Source: Spirochaetia bacterium
Lineage (GTDB): Bacteria > Spirochaetota > Spirochaetia > DSM-2461
NCBI GenBank assembly: GCA_963668315.1
Contig: OY764216.1
Coordinates: 2,816,001 to 2,880,000 of the forward strand
DNA length: 64,000 bases
Direction: 5' to 3'
A program made the translations under genes and the position numbers. The first letter of the stretch is position 1, and each line of letters opens with the position of its first letter. Positions 8,200 through 17,341 of the stretch are shown one piece after another. The notes beneath the pieces were generated by a model. It did not search any database. It was not told where the DNA came from and saw only the letters and a program-made list of their open reading frames with translations.

Positions 8200-9848
8200 A
8201 GCGGTTCTCCCCGTACTTCGATCTGGTATTTGTAGCCCTGTTCCGTCAGAAATTTCTGACGGTTCATGGCAAATTCCTCTTCGGTTGTAAAACGGGAAAT
8301 AAGGCTGTAGAAATAGGAGTTCTTTTTTTTGGGCCGGAGAATACGGCCGAGTCTCTGGGCTTCCTCCTGCCGTGATCCAAAGGCGCCTGAGAGCTGAATG
8401 GCCACAGAGGCATCGGGCAGGTCAATGGCAAAATTCGCGACCTTGGACACCACGATGACCTTTATCTCACCCTTTTTAAAGCGGCTGTAGATGACTTCCC
8501 TCTCCCCGTTGGGGGTCTTTCCTGTTATCAGGGGAGCCTTGAGTTTTGCCGCCATCTTTTCCAGCTGGTCTATGTACTGGCCTATGATCAGTATCTGTTC
8601 ATCCCTGTGCCTTTCCACAAGCTCTGCCGCTTCATTGAGCTTCAAAGGGTTCTCTGCGGCTATGCGGTATTTTTTCCTTTTATCCGCCGAGGCGTAGGGC
8701 AGCTGGAGATTGTCTGGAAGGTCAATACGTATCTCATGGCAGTAGGCTTCGGCGATCCATCCCTGCTGTTCCAGTTCCTTCCAGGGAATGTCATATCTTT
8801 TGGGGCCCACAAGGGAGAATACGTGTCCTTCCGCGCCGTCTTCCCGTATCAGAGTGGCCGTAAGTCCCAGTCTTCGGCGAGCCTGCAGTTCTGCGGTGAT
8901 TTTGAAGACCGGAGCGGGCAAGAGGTGTACTTCGTCATAAATGATCAGTCCCCAGTCGTTTTCCTTGAACAGGGAAAAATGGGTAAAGGGGCTGTTCTTA
9001 TCCTTGCGCCATACCAGAACCTGGTATGTGGCCAGGGTAACCGGTTTAATGATCTTCTGTTCCCCCGAATATTCGCCGATCTGATCTTCCGTGAGATCGG
9101 TTTTGCTGAGGAGCTCATCGCGCCACTGGTGGAGGGATGCCACGTTGGGTGTGAGGATGAGAGTCTGCTTTTTCATTTCCGCCATGAGGGCAATACCCAT
9201 CACTGTTTTTCCCGACCCGCAGGGCATGACAACCGTACCGAAACCGGTGCCCGGTTTCCCGTTTCCCAGAAAAGCCTCTACTCCGTGTTTCTGGTATTCG
9301 CGGATCTCCAGGTCCCTGAGGTTAACCTCAAGATTTTCCCCTTCGACCAGGGGGGCGAGGTCCTCCACGGGCCAGCCCATATTGATTAGCTCGGCTTTTA
9401 CCGTTCCCCGGTTGAGCATATCCAGGAAAAAGCCCTTTTCTCCCCGGGTGAGGATTTTTGTCAGCGACTTGGCCGTGGAAAGCTCTTTATGCAGAAAGGG
9501 ATCTTCCACACGGAGAAAAAGAATGCTTTCGTCACCCGTCCCTTCCAGGCGAATCTTGCCCCATCTAAGCAGGGTTTCCTTGATATTATGGCGGACATTT
9601 TCCGGAGCGGCAAAACGTCCGTATTTATCCAGAATCTCAAGAATCTCTCCGTATTCCATTCCGCTGGAAGCGGCGTTCCAGAGGGAAAGGGGAGATATCT
9701 TGTATGTATGCATATGTTCGGGTGATTTTTCCAACTCGGCAAAACGTCCCAGTTCTCCACGGGCTTCTTCAAAAAGAAGGGTATGTACGTCTACAAGTAT
9801 TGTGTTGTCGCCCTGAACGATGAGCGGGGGAATGTCGTTTTTCGTCAT
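8196..9848 (-). CDS. Bacterial XPB/Ssl2/Rad25-family DNA helicase
   Basis: PLIVQGD, ELEKSPEHMHTY, VMPCGSGKT, IIYDEVH, GLTATLIRED, AIDLPDA, QEEAQRLGRILRP. Confidence 0.92.
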   Translation of the reverse strand: MTKNDIPPLIVQGDNTILVDVHTLLFEEARGELGRFAELEKSPEHMHTYKISPLSLWNAASSGMEYGEILEILDKYGRFAAPENVRHNIKETLLRWGKIRLEGTGDESILFLRVEDPFLHKELSTAKSLTKILTRGEKGFFLDMLNRGTVKAELINMGWPVEDLAPLVEGENLEVNLRDLEIREYQKHGVEAFLGNGKPGTGFGTVVMPCGSGKTVMGIALMAEMKKQTLILTPNVASLHQWRDELLSKTDLTEDQIGEYSGEQKIIKPVTLATYQVLVWRKDKNSPFTHFSLFKENDWGLIIYDEVHLLPAPVFKITAELQARRRLGLTATLIREDGAEGHVFSLVGPKRYDIPWKELEQQGWIAEAYCHEIRIDLPDNLQLPYASADKRKKYRIAAENPLKLNEAAELVERHRDEQILIIGQYIDQLEKMAAKLKAPLITGKTPNGEREVIYSRFKKGEIKVIVVSKVANFAIDLPDASVAIQLSGAFGSRQEEAQRLGRILRPKKKNSYFYSLISRFTTEEEFAMNRQKFLTEQGYKYQIEVRGEPL

Positions 9849-9996
9849 AAAGAGTTATTATAGCAAGAAATTCGGCGATAGACAAGAAAGAGGATAACAA
9901 CTTCCTTTGAAGCTTAAGTCAGAACTCGCTGGCGGCCTAATAAAGAAGGGAGAAGGTATAAAAATTAAGATAGGGGGAATCTTTTGGAAAGGATAT

Positions 9997-10079
9997 TACC
10001 GGCGGTCGGAGTCGAACCGACATGCCCAGAGGGCGGCAGATTTTGAGTCTACTGTGTCTACCAATTTCACCACGCCGGC
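9997..10079 (-). tRNA. tRNA-Leu (anticodon CAA), CCA not encoded
   Basis: Reverse complement GCCGGCGTGGTGAAATTGGTAGACACAGTAGACTCAAAATCTGCCGCCCTCTGGGCATGTCGGTTCGACTCCGACCGCCGGTA folds as a type II cloverleaf. Confidence 0.96.
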
Positions 10080-10090
10080 GAATCTCGGAT

Positions 10091-10119
10091 ATCATATCAG
10101 GACTCATGGGCGGGGTCAA
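10091..10119 (-). promoter_or_regulatory. sigma70 promoter of tRNA-Leu
   Basis: TTGACC-N17-TATGAT. Confidence 0.7.
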
Positions 10120-10185
10120 GTGGATCGGGGGGGATTTTTTGAATGAGTCCCGAATCCGATTTGCCCTGATCCGGGACTCCCGGCA

Positions 10186-10716
10186 TCATTGCCAGAGACC
10201 GTACATCTCTTCGGTTTTTAGATAATTTTCCATCCGCTGCAGCTGTTCTTCGTCTATCTCTCTGATCCAGTAGTCGACATAGGTCTCATCCTTATGGGAG
10301 CCTGCACTGAAAATATACACGGTCAATTTACCGGGGAAAATGGTCAGTGCCCCTTCTTTGACTTCAAGATACTGTCTGAAATCAAGATCATATGTTTCTT
10401 CATGATTCATTCCGAAGGTTCTGAAACTCGTAATGGAGTATTTTCCGGGGGGGATATTCCTCAGATAAAAATATCCGTGATTGTTTATGGATAGAAAAAA
10501 CGTGACCGTTTCTCCCGTCTCTACATTATCCATATATACTTTAAATCTGAGGTCCCCGTTGAATGAGGTGTTTTTGCCGTCAATTATAATAACGGGAACA
10601 ACAACAAGGGAATCATACTCTGACCTGGGTGCCGGCATTCCCGAGCTGAGACAGCCTGAAAGGCCAACCGCAAAAAGTAAACTGCAGAATATAGTTAATA
10701 TTTTTTTGTTTTTCAT
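10186..10716 (-). CDS. Hypothetical lipoprotein
   Basis: Basic N-terminus, hydrophobic stretch and lipobox GLSGC; beta-rich body. Confidence 0.75.
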   Translation of the reverse strand: MKNKKILTIFCSLLFAVGLSGCLSSGMPAPRSEYDSLVVVPVIIIDGKNTSFNGDLRFKVYMDNVETGETVTFFLSINNHGYFYLRNIPPGKYSITSFRTFGMNHEETYDLDFRQYLEVKEGALTIFPGKLTVYIFSAGSHKDETYVDYWIREIDEEQLQRMENYLKTEEMYGLWQ

Positions 10717-11645
10717 TGATTGTCCCTTACTTCTTCTGTTAGTAATTCATTCCGGCCTATATCAGCCAGCCATTCTCTTATTCTCTTTGAGCTGGTGGAA
10801 AAATAAATATCGTTGGCATCGCTAAGTGTTCCCAGGTTAATTCCGATAAGCTCTCCCCCTTCTCCGAAAAGGGGGCCGCCGGAATTCCCGGAATTGATGG
10901 AAGCCGTATGCTGAAGGTCCCATTTGTCGCTCCTGATGGCAGAAATGATTCCGTCGGTGAGTGTTGGCTTGAAATCATCCAGAAATGTATCCATGACGAA
11001 TTGCAGGGGGTAGCCGATGGTGAAAACCTTGTCTCCCACATTGACCGGTTTTCCGGAACCGAAAACAACAGGGGAAATATCCTTTTCAATATCAATTTTT
11101 AGCAGGGACAGATCATTTGACATATTTTCGTCGATCAATTCTGCTCTGTAATCAATCCGGTCAACCGATTTTAGCGTTATGACAAACTGGCTGTCAGTAA
11201 CTGCTTTTACATAATCCCGGAATACCGTATGAAGCTCCGCCTTTGTCAGATAGCCGGGAATGGATTTCTTGAAAATATACTCCTCAAATATCCATATGGC
11301 AGCATCAATGGCATCATCTCTGTCCACATACTGCGTCACATGTGCGGCCGTGATAAAGTAGCCCGAGCTATTGATCAGAAAGGCAGAACCGGTAACCACT
11401 GGAATATACTGATTCAAAAGCTCCACATCCATGGACTCTTCGAGCTTCCGGAATAACTCAATATGCTCTATTTTGCTTTCATCAATGAAAACGGCCTGGG
11501 ATACAAAGAATACCGCCTCTTTATTCTCTTCATAAATACGGTTGTTGAGAGTGGACTCCTGAGCCGCTATTTCCATTGCAATACCGGAAAACAGCAACAG
11601 CGTTATTAAAAATGAATTTCTAAGGCAACCAGAAGAAGGTTTCAT
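10713..11645 (-). CDS. Secreted trypsin-like serine protease (S1C/DegP-like, no PDZ)
   Basis: GSAFLI, ITAAHV (His), DLSLLKI (Asp), INSGNSGGPL (Ser). Confidence 0.88.
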   Translation of the reverse strand: MKPSSGCLRNSFLITLLLFSGIAMEIAAQESTLNNRIYEENKEAVFFVSQAVFIDESKIEHIELFRKLEESMDVELLNQYIPVVTGSAFLINSSGYFITAAHVTQYVDRDDAIDAAIWIFEEYIFKKSIPGYLTKAELHTVFRDYVKAVTDSQFVITLKSVDRIDYRAELIDENMSNDLSLLKIDIEKDISPVVFGSGKPVNVGDKVFTIGYPLQFVMDTFLDDFKPTLTDGIISAIRSDKWDLQHTASINSGNSGGPLFGEGGELIGINLGTLSDANDIYFSTSSKRIREWLADIGRNELLTEEVRDNQ

Positions 11646-11744
11646 AATTACTCCCGTTTATTTTACAGATAATGGTATTCCAATCTAATGGAAAAAGAAG
11701 GGGACTGTCAATAAAAAGGTTTACTATTTCTTTTTGCCCATTTT

Positions 11745-12773
11745 CTACATGGGAAAGGTGAGGGCGAACAGGGTTCCCCCGTTGCCGGGAAGGTAGGAAT
11801 ACTCTCCGTGAAGCTGTCTGGTCAGTGTCTGAATTAATGTCGTCCCCAATCCGGTATGACCATCCCCGGGTACAAAGCCTTTCCCGTTGTCTTCTGCTTC
11901 GACCCGTATTCCGCCGTGACAGTTAAGGGCCCTCAATTCTATCCGGGGGGAGTTAACCGGTTCCTCTTCAAAGGCGTATTTGATGCTGTTGGTTATGATC
12001 TCATTGATTATAATTCCCACGGGAAGGGCTTTTTCCAGGGGGATCGTCAGGGGACCCTTTCCCTGGGGAACAGACAGATTTATCTTCGCCTCTGCATGAC
12101 CGGCAAGGATTCTCTCCGCCAGATCGCTCAGATATTTCCTCAGGTTGAGCTCGTTATTCAGCTGGCCGGAATAGAGTTGTTCATGGACCAGGGAAATGGA
12201 GAGAATTCTGTTGACGAGTTTTTTTCCCTCCTGACGGAAGTCATCGTTTTCTGTGCGGTTCATTTGAAGCTGAATGAGGCTTTTCATGATATTCAGATTG
12301 TTCTTCACCCTGTGGTTGAGTTCTTTGTAGAGAATCTCCCTTTCCTCAAGGGCTATTTTCAGTTCCTCCTCGCGAAGTTTCCGCTGCTCGATCTCTTTTC
12401 CCGTTCTGTCAAAATAGGCTCCCGCCAGCCCGAGACCGGTGCCGATGACAATCCCGGAAATCTGGGCGACATACAGATTATAAGGAGCGTAGTTAAGCGC
12501 GTCTCTCACATAAAAAAGAAGGAGATTGCAGGGAAGGCCCATCGTTCCGGATATGATTCCTCCCCACAAACCGAACAGATAGGAGGAAATAATAATGGGA
12601 AAAATTATTAAGTAATTCGTAGCAATCCCACCCCGTAATTCTATGAGGAGAAATAAAGAGGCATAAATGATATAGCCTGCTAGGGTCAGTATCGCTTTCT
12701 TCCCCGGATTGAGAGATGATGGAATTTTTTTATCTGCCCTGTGCACAAGTAGATGATAAGGCATAAAAGGCAT
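11745..12773 (-). CDS. Membrane sensor histidine kinase, HisKA_2 type
   Basis: N-terminal TM helices; ELNHRVKNNL; NEIITNSIKYAF; DNGKG; GLGTTLI. Exact start uncertain. Confidence 0.88.
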   Translation of the reverse strand: MPFMPYHLLVHRADKKIPSSLNPGKKAILTLAGYIIYASLFLLIELRGGIATNYLIIFPIIISSYLFGLWGGIISGTMGLPCNLLLFYVRDALNYAPYNLYVAQISGIVIGTGLGLAGAYFDRTGKEIEQRKLREEELKIALEEREILYKELNHRVKNNLNIMKSLIQLQMNRTENDDFRQEGKKLVNRILSISLVHEQLYSGQLNNELNLRKYLSDLAERILAGHAEAKINLSVPQGKGPLTIPLEKALPVGIIINEIITNSIKYAFEEEPVNSPRIELRALNCHGGIRVEAEDNGKGFVPGDGHTGLGTTLIQTLTRQLHGEYSYLPGNGGTLFALTFPM

Positions 12774-12869
12774 TCGGACAACCGGAAATACTGGCTCTAT
12801 GGTAAAAACTGTGTTATCCTATGTTTACATAATAATTGATCTTTTTTGAGATTAATGAGGTAAAAATAA

Positions 12870-13232
12870 ATGATGAAGACAATAATGGTAGTGGAAGACG
12901 AGTCTATTGCGGCTCTGGAGCTTTGTGAAACTCTCAGGAGTATGGGGTATTATGTTCCCGAACCGGTTGGTTCCGCCGATAAAGTCATTGGAGCTGTCAT
13001 CAAGGAGCAGCCCGATGCTATTTTTATGGATATTAATCTTTCCAACTTCATAGACGGGATAGATGTGGCGCAAAGGATAAAATTGCTTAAGGATATTCCC
13101 CTTATCTACCTAACTGCCTATAATAACGAAGAAACAATGAGACGGGCGGAAAGAACGAAGCCGGCAGCCTTTCTTTCAAAACCGTCCAGTACGGAGTTGA
13201 TAGGAAGGACTCTGGAACAGATCTTTTCATAG
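12870..13232 (+). CDS. Single-domain response regulator, probable cognate of the divergent HisKA_2 kinase
   Basis: VVEDE, FMDINL, YLTA, LSKP. Confidence 0.88.
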   Translation: MMKTIMVVEDESIAALELCETLRSMGYYVPEPVGSADKVIGAVIKEQPDAIFMDINLSNFIDGIDVAQRIKLLKDIPLIYLTAYNNEETMRRAERTKPAAFLSKPSSTELIGRTLEQIFS

Positions 13233-13279
13233 GCCCTTCCCGTCGGGAAAAAGGCCGGTCCCCCTTACAGGAGTAACCT

Positions 13280-13804
13280 ATGTCAGATAAAAGTGAAGAT
13301 ATGCGAAACCATTCCGCGCTCCTTATCAGGAGAGCGGAGGAGAAAGATATTCCTTCCATTACAAAAATATACAATGAGGCTGTCATTAATACGGCCGCCA
13401 CTTTTCATGTTGAGCCGGTAACGGCGGAAGAGAGACAGGAGTGGTTCAGGAATCATGACAGCGTACGGCCTGTGATCGTTGCTGAAACGGGGGATGAGCT
13501 GGCCGGCTGGGCCTCTCTCTCCCGCTGGAATTCCAAACCCGCCTATGACGGTTCGGTAGAACTTTCCGTTTACGTTGACCGCGATGCCCGGGGGGGCGGC
13601 ATAGGAAAGGCTCTTATGGAAGACCTTATCGAGCGTGCCGCCCAGGCCGGTCTGCATACCATCATTTCTCTTATCACCGAGGGAAACGAAGTCAGCATGA
13701 AACTTCATAAACAGCTCGGTTTTGAGCAGACAGGGCAGATCCGGGAAGCGGGATATAAATTTGATCAGTTTCTCGATGTCACGATCTGGCAGAAGATGTT
13801 ATAG
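13280..13804 (+). CDS. GNAT N-acetyltransferase (phosphinothricin/methionine sulfoximine acetyltransferase type)
   Basis: IYNEAVINTAATF, ELSVYV, RGGGIGKAL, SMKLHKQLGF, GYKFDQFLDV. Confidence 0.88.
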   Translation: MSDKSEDMRNHSALLIRRAEEKDIPSITKIYNEAVINTAATFHVEPVTAEERQEWFRNHDSVRPVIVAETGDELAGWASLSRWNSKPAYDGSVELSVYVDRDARGGGIGKALMEDLIERAAQAGLHTIISLITEGNEVSMKLHKQLGFEQTGQIREAGYKFDQFLDVTIWQKML

Positions 13805-13813
13805 GAGATATTA

Positions 13814-14746
13814 ATGAAAGGGCGGGAATTTCAGTTTAACGGAGAAGACGGCAGCATTATTTCCGGAATTCGCTGGATTCCGGAAGGTCCTTTGAGAGCA
13901 GTTCTGATCATTAACCATGGTATGGCGGAACACATCGCCCGTTACGAGTCCTTTGCCCTTTTTCTCAATGAATCGGGCATAGCCGTATGGGGAGAAGACC
14001 ACCGGGGCCATGGAAAAACGGCGGCTACCACAGATGAACTGGGGTATTTTCATAAGAGTCAGGGATGGGAGAAGGTTCTCTCTGATATTTCCGTTCTTAC
14101 CGATCTGGTGAAGAAAGAGCATCCCGAGCTCCCCCTTTTCATTCTGGGCCACAGCATGGGGTCTTTTCTTACCAGGGATTTCCTCTGTGAAAAAGGTTCT
14201 GACTTTTCCGGGGCCATTATTTCCGGAACAGGATATACTCCTGCGGTACTCTGCCGGACCATGAATTTTCTGGCTTCAGGAGAGGCGAAACTGAAAGGGG
14301 ACAGGCATAGAAGCGCTTTTCTTGATAATCTTTCCTTCGGCCAGTTCAACCGTTCTTTCCTTCCGAACAGAACTCCCTTTGACTGGCTGAGCCGGGATGA
14401 GAATCAAGTGGATAAATACATTCAGGACGACCTCTGCGGCTTTATCTGTACGAGTGCGTTCTTCAGGGACCTTTCCCGGGGACTTATGCGCATCATCGAT
14501 CGAAAACGCATCGCCGGAACCCCCCGCGAGCTTCCGGTATTCTTCTATTCCGGTACGGAAGATCCCGTAGGAGGGCGCAAAGCCGGCGGGGTGGATAAAG
14601 TGGTCTCTCTCTATCGTTCCCTGGGAATGGAGAGCATTTCCTGCCGCCTTAATGACGGGGGGCGTCATGAGTCTCTTAATGAAACAAACAGGAATGAAGT
14701 TTTCCGTGATTTTCTTGGTTTTATCGAGGAAAATCTCCCTTCCTGA
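13814..14746 (+). CDS. Alpha/beta hydrolase, lysophospholipase/monoacylglycerol lipase family
   Basis: HGMAEH, DHRGHG, GHSMG, GTEDPV, GGRHESLNE. Confidence 0.88.
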   Translation: MKGREFQFNGEDGSIISGIRWIPEGPLRAVLIINHGMAEHIARYESFALFLNESGIAVWGEDHRGHGKTAATTDELGYFHKSQGWEKVLSDISVLTDLVKKEHPELPLFILGHSMGSFLTRDFLCEKGSDFSGAIISGTGYTPAVLCRTMNFLASGEAKLKGDRHRSAFLDNLSFGQFNRSFLPNRTPFDWLSRDENQVDKYIQDDLCGFICTSAFFRDLSRGLMRIIDRKRIAGTPRELPVFFYSGTEDPVGGRKAGGVDKVVSLYRSLGMESISCRLNDGGRHESLNETNRNEVFRDFLGFIEENLPS

Positions 14747-14778
14747 TAAATCGGGAATAAATTTTTCTCCCCCTTTCC

Positions 14779-16134
14779 ATGAAAGGGTTTATGGTTTTAA
14801 TTTTATGGGGCTCTTCTATCTTGCTCTGGTCCCAGTGGGAGCAGACCGTCTACGGCGGTATAGAAGGGGAAAGGGGAGATGATAAAACGGAGGTGAACAC
14901 TTCCTGGGAGTGGCATCTTTCCCGTCACTCCTTAAATCCGGCGTCGGCCGGTCTCTATATTTCGGTTGTCCCGGACAGCCGGAGTGAGGGCGCCGCCCTT
15001 GATTCCCTCTGCTTTACTCTTGATACGACCTATGTCAGCGCCGGTGTCATCCGTCTGGAGGGTCTGTACGATCTGGCCGAATCGGAGAGAATCCCCCGAA
15101 GTTCCCTTCTTACGGAGGAGGGGCGGTTTATTCTTGAGAAAAGAAGTTCTCTTCTTGACAGATACGGGGCGGCTTTTCACTCCGGCCGGGATAATCTCAT
15201 CTTCCACGGCCTTAACCGCAGGGAGTACTCCCAGGCGGGCATCTGCTGGCAAAGCTCTTTCTCCTCCCTCAGCATCAGCACCGTCTGTCTCTATTCCTGG
15301 AACGAGTGCGCTGACAATAGTGAAGAATCAGCCTGGTTTGAAGGATCAGATGGAAGAACGGGGGAACCTCTTCTCCATGGTGTGGCCGGGATCCGGTACG
15401 AATTATCCGAATCACCCGTAAAGTGGCGGATGGCGGGTGCGGGTCAGATACTCTATTCATCCCTTCTTCTACCCGGCTACGCCCTCTATCTCTACGGGGA
15501 GGGTAAAGGAGAATCCTGGGATATCCGTCTGTCATGGCAGGAGAACAAGGGTTATATGAGGACTACCGAGGGGAAGGGCTTTGACTGGTCCCGGGGGATT
15601 TGCTGGGAGGGGGAAATCCGGGTCCGCTCGGTAGTCTGCCGCAGCCGGGGAGCTCTTTACCAGCCGGGCTGTTTTTCTGTCGGGCCGGGAGTCGATCCCC
15701 GGGGGATTCCGCCCCTATGGGAAGAGCGCATACAAATCGTTTCTCCCCTTTTCTCATGTTACTGGGAAGGGGAGGATGATTCCCCTGAAACGGGGCTCCG
15801 GTCGAAGGGGGGAATCTTCGGTATGGCTGAATGGCAGGGAATAAAGGGAAGAGCCGGCTGGGAAGTCAGCAACCGGAATGATTCCTGGAACAGGAGAGTT
15901 TCCGGAATGATCTCCCGGGAGGGCAGGTCATTTCTCTGGGAGGGGGAAGTTAAAATCCTCTGGGACAGCCGGCGGGAAACGGCTCCTTCCGGAAGGGACT
16001 GGAGAGTTAAAGCCGCCTGGGAGGGATTTCCTCCGGGAACTCTCTCCCTCTCCATCGGGGGAGCGGGAGATGTAAGTTCAGATTCCGGTGGATCTTTGGA
16101 GGGAGGATTGGCTTTCCAATCGGCAGGTTTTTAA
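14779..16134 (+). CDS. Hypothetical exported protein, possible outer-membrane beta-barrel
   Basis: Signal-peptide-like start; Gly/Trp-rich alternating strands; C-terminal Phe; fills the gap between + strand genes. Confidence 0.55.
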   Translation: MKGFMVLILWGSSILLWSQWEQTVYGGIEGERGDDKTEVNTSWEWHLSRHSLNPASAGLYISVVPDSRSEGAALDSLCFTLDTTYVSAGVIRLEGLYDLAESERIPRSSLLTEEGRFILEKRSSLLDRYGAAFHSGRDNLIFHGLNRREYSQAGICWQSSFSSLSISTVCLYSWNECADNSEESAWFEGSDGRTGEPLLHGVAGIRYELSESPVKWRMAGAGQILYSSLLLPGYALYLYGEGKGESWDIRLSWQENKGYMRTTEGKGFDWSRGICWEGEIRVRSVVCRSRGALYQPGCFSVGPGVDPRGIPPLWEERIQIVSPLFSCYWEGEDDSPETGLRSKGGIFGMAEWQGIKGRAGWEVSNRNDSWNRRVSGMISREGRSFLWEGEVKILWDSRRETAPSGRDWRVKAAWEGFPPGTLSLSIGGAGDVSSDSGGSLEGGLAFQSAGF

Positions 16135-16189
16135 AAAAAGAACCCTCCCTCTCTAGGGTAAATAATAAGAATCGGGTATATTCATCATT

Positions 16190-17341
16190 ATGAAAGAAAC
16201 CCTGGACAGAATTTTCCATACGACCCGCTCCATAAGAAACGGGATGATTCTGCTTATGGCCGTCGGGCTGGTGTTTGTCCTGAAGATGCTATCTTCCCTT
16301 ATTCTCCCTCTGGTAATGGCCATACTCCTGACGCTCATCGTGCTTCCTCTGATCTATTGGCTGAAAGATAAAGGGTGGCCCCTCGCCCTTATTGTCCCTG
16401 TCATCGCCCTTATTACCCTGGCTCTGGTTTTTTTCATTTTTTCCATTTTCATTAATGCCCTTACGGAAGTCGTGGGACAGCAGGACGAACTCTATATCAT
16501 GCTGGAAAAGAAGGTTAACCGCCTGGTCGACCTGATCAATCTCAAGTATTCCCTGAATACGAGCGGAGAGGAAGCTTTTAACTGGCTTGTGGGAGAGTTC
16601 GATGTGGATCGGGTGGAATCCATGGTCAGGACCGCCGCTTCCGGTGTCGGCTCATTCGGCAGATCCTTTTTCCTGTTTATGCTTTACTACATTTTCCTGC
16701 TCGCCGGTTCCTCCGGCTACCGGGAGTATGTGGACTTCGTGGCCCAGGATGATCACAGGCTTATGCTGACCATTAGTTCGGTCCAGAACTCCATATCCAC
16801 CTATATGGCTATAAAAAGCGCCATCAGTCTCGCCACGGCACTTATCGTTTTTTTCATCTGTACCATTATGAATATCGAGTTTGCTTTTCTCTGGAGTGTA
16901 CTGACATTCTTTCTGAATTTTGTCCCCAGTATCGGTTCCATCATCGCGACGATTCCGCCGGTCATCATGGCGTTTATTCAGTACGACACCTTTACTCCCA
17001 TGATTGTCACCCTTTCTCTTCTGACCGCCACACAGATGACCATAGGGAACTTCATGGATCCGAAGATCATGGGCGATAAACTCAGGCTGAATACGGTCAC
17101 CGTAGTCTTTGGACTGGTCTTCTGGGGCTATATATGGGGTATTCCGGGAAGCCTTTTATCCGTTCCTATGATGGTTTGCGTCAAATTGATGTTGGAACAA
17201 TCGGAATCTTTGAGTATACTGGCACGTGTTATGGGATATCCCGATAAGGAGTCCCAGATTAGAACACGAAGGAGATTAAGACGCCATGACAGCCGATCAA
17301 CTATACAATCAATTAAAGAAGATACGCTTCGAGAAGAGTGA
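16190..17341 (+). CDS. AI-2E family (PerM/YhhT/TqsA) transporter
   Basis: Multiple TM helices; FFLNFVPSIGS, DPKIMGDKLRL, WGYIWGIPGSLLSVP. Confidence 0.9.
   Translation: MKETLDRIFHTTRSIRNGMILLMAVGLVFVLKMLSSLILPLVMAILLTLIVLPLIYWLKDKGWPLALIVPVIALITLALVFFIFSIFINALTEVVGQQDELYIMLEKKVNRLVDLINLKYSLNTSGEEAFNWLVGEFDVDRVESMVRTAASGVGSFGRSFFLFMLYYIFLLAGSSGYREYVDFVAQDDHRLMLTISSVQNSISTYMAIKSAISLATALIVFFICTIMNIEFAFLWSVLTFFLNFVPSIGSIIATIPPVIMAFIQYDTFTPMIVTLSLLTATQMTIGNFMDPKIMGDKLRLNTVTVVFGLVFWGYIWGIPGSLLSVPMMVCVKLMLEQSESLSILARVMGYPDKESQIRTRRRLRRHDSRSTIQSIKEDTLREE

Noticed and set aside
10144..10180. Imperfect inverted repeat GAGTCCCG...CGGGACTC as a REP/MITE
   Set aside because: Single copy in the window; more simply a hairpin ending the protease-lipoprotein transcript
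9849..13232. tRNA-Leu as an integration site for a genomic island
   Set aside because: No integrase and no duplicated tRNA 3' end seen; the somewhat AT-richer genes lie on the 5' side of the tRNA
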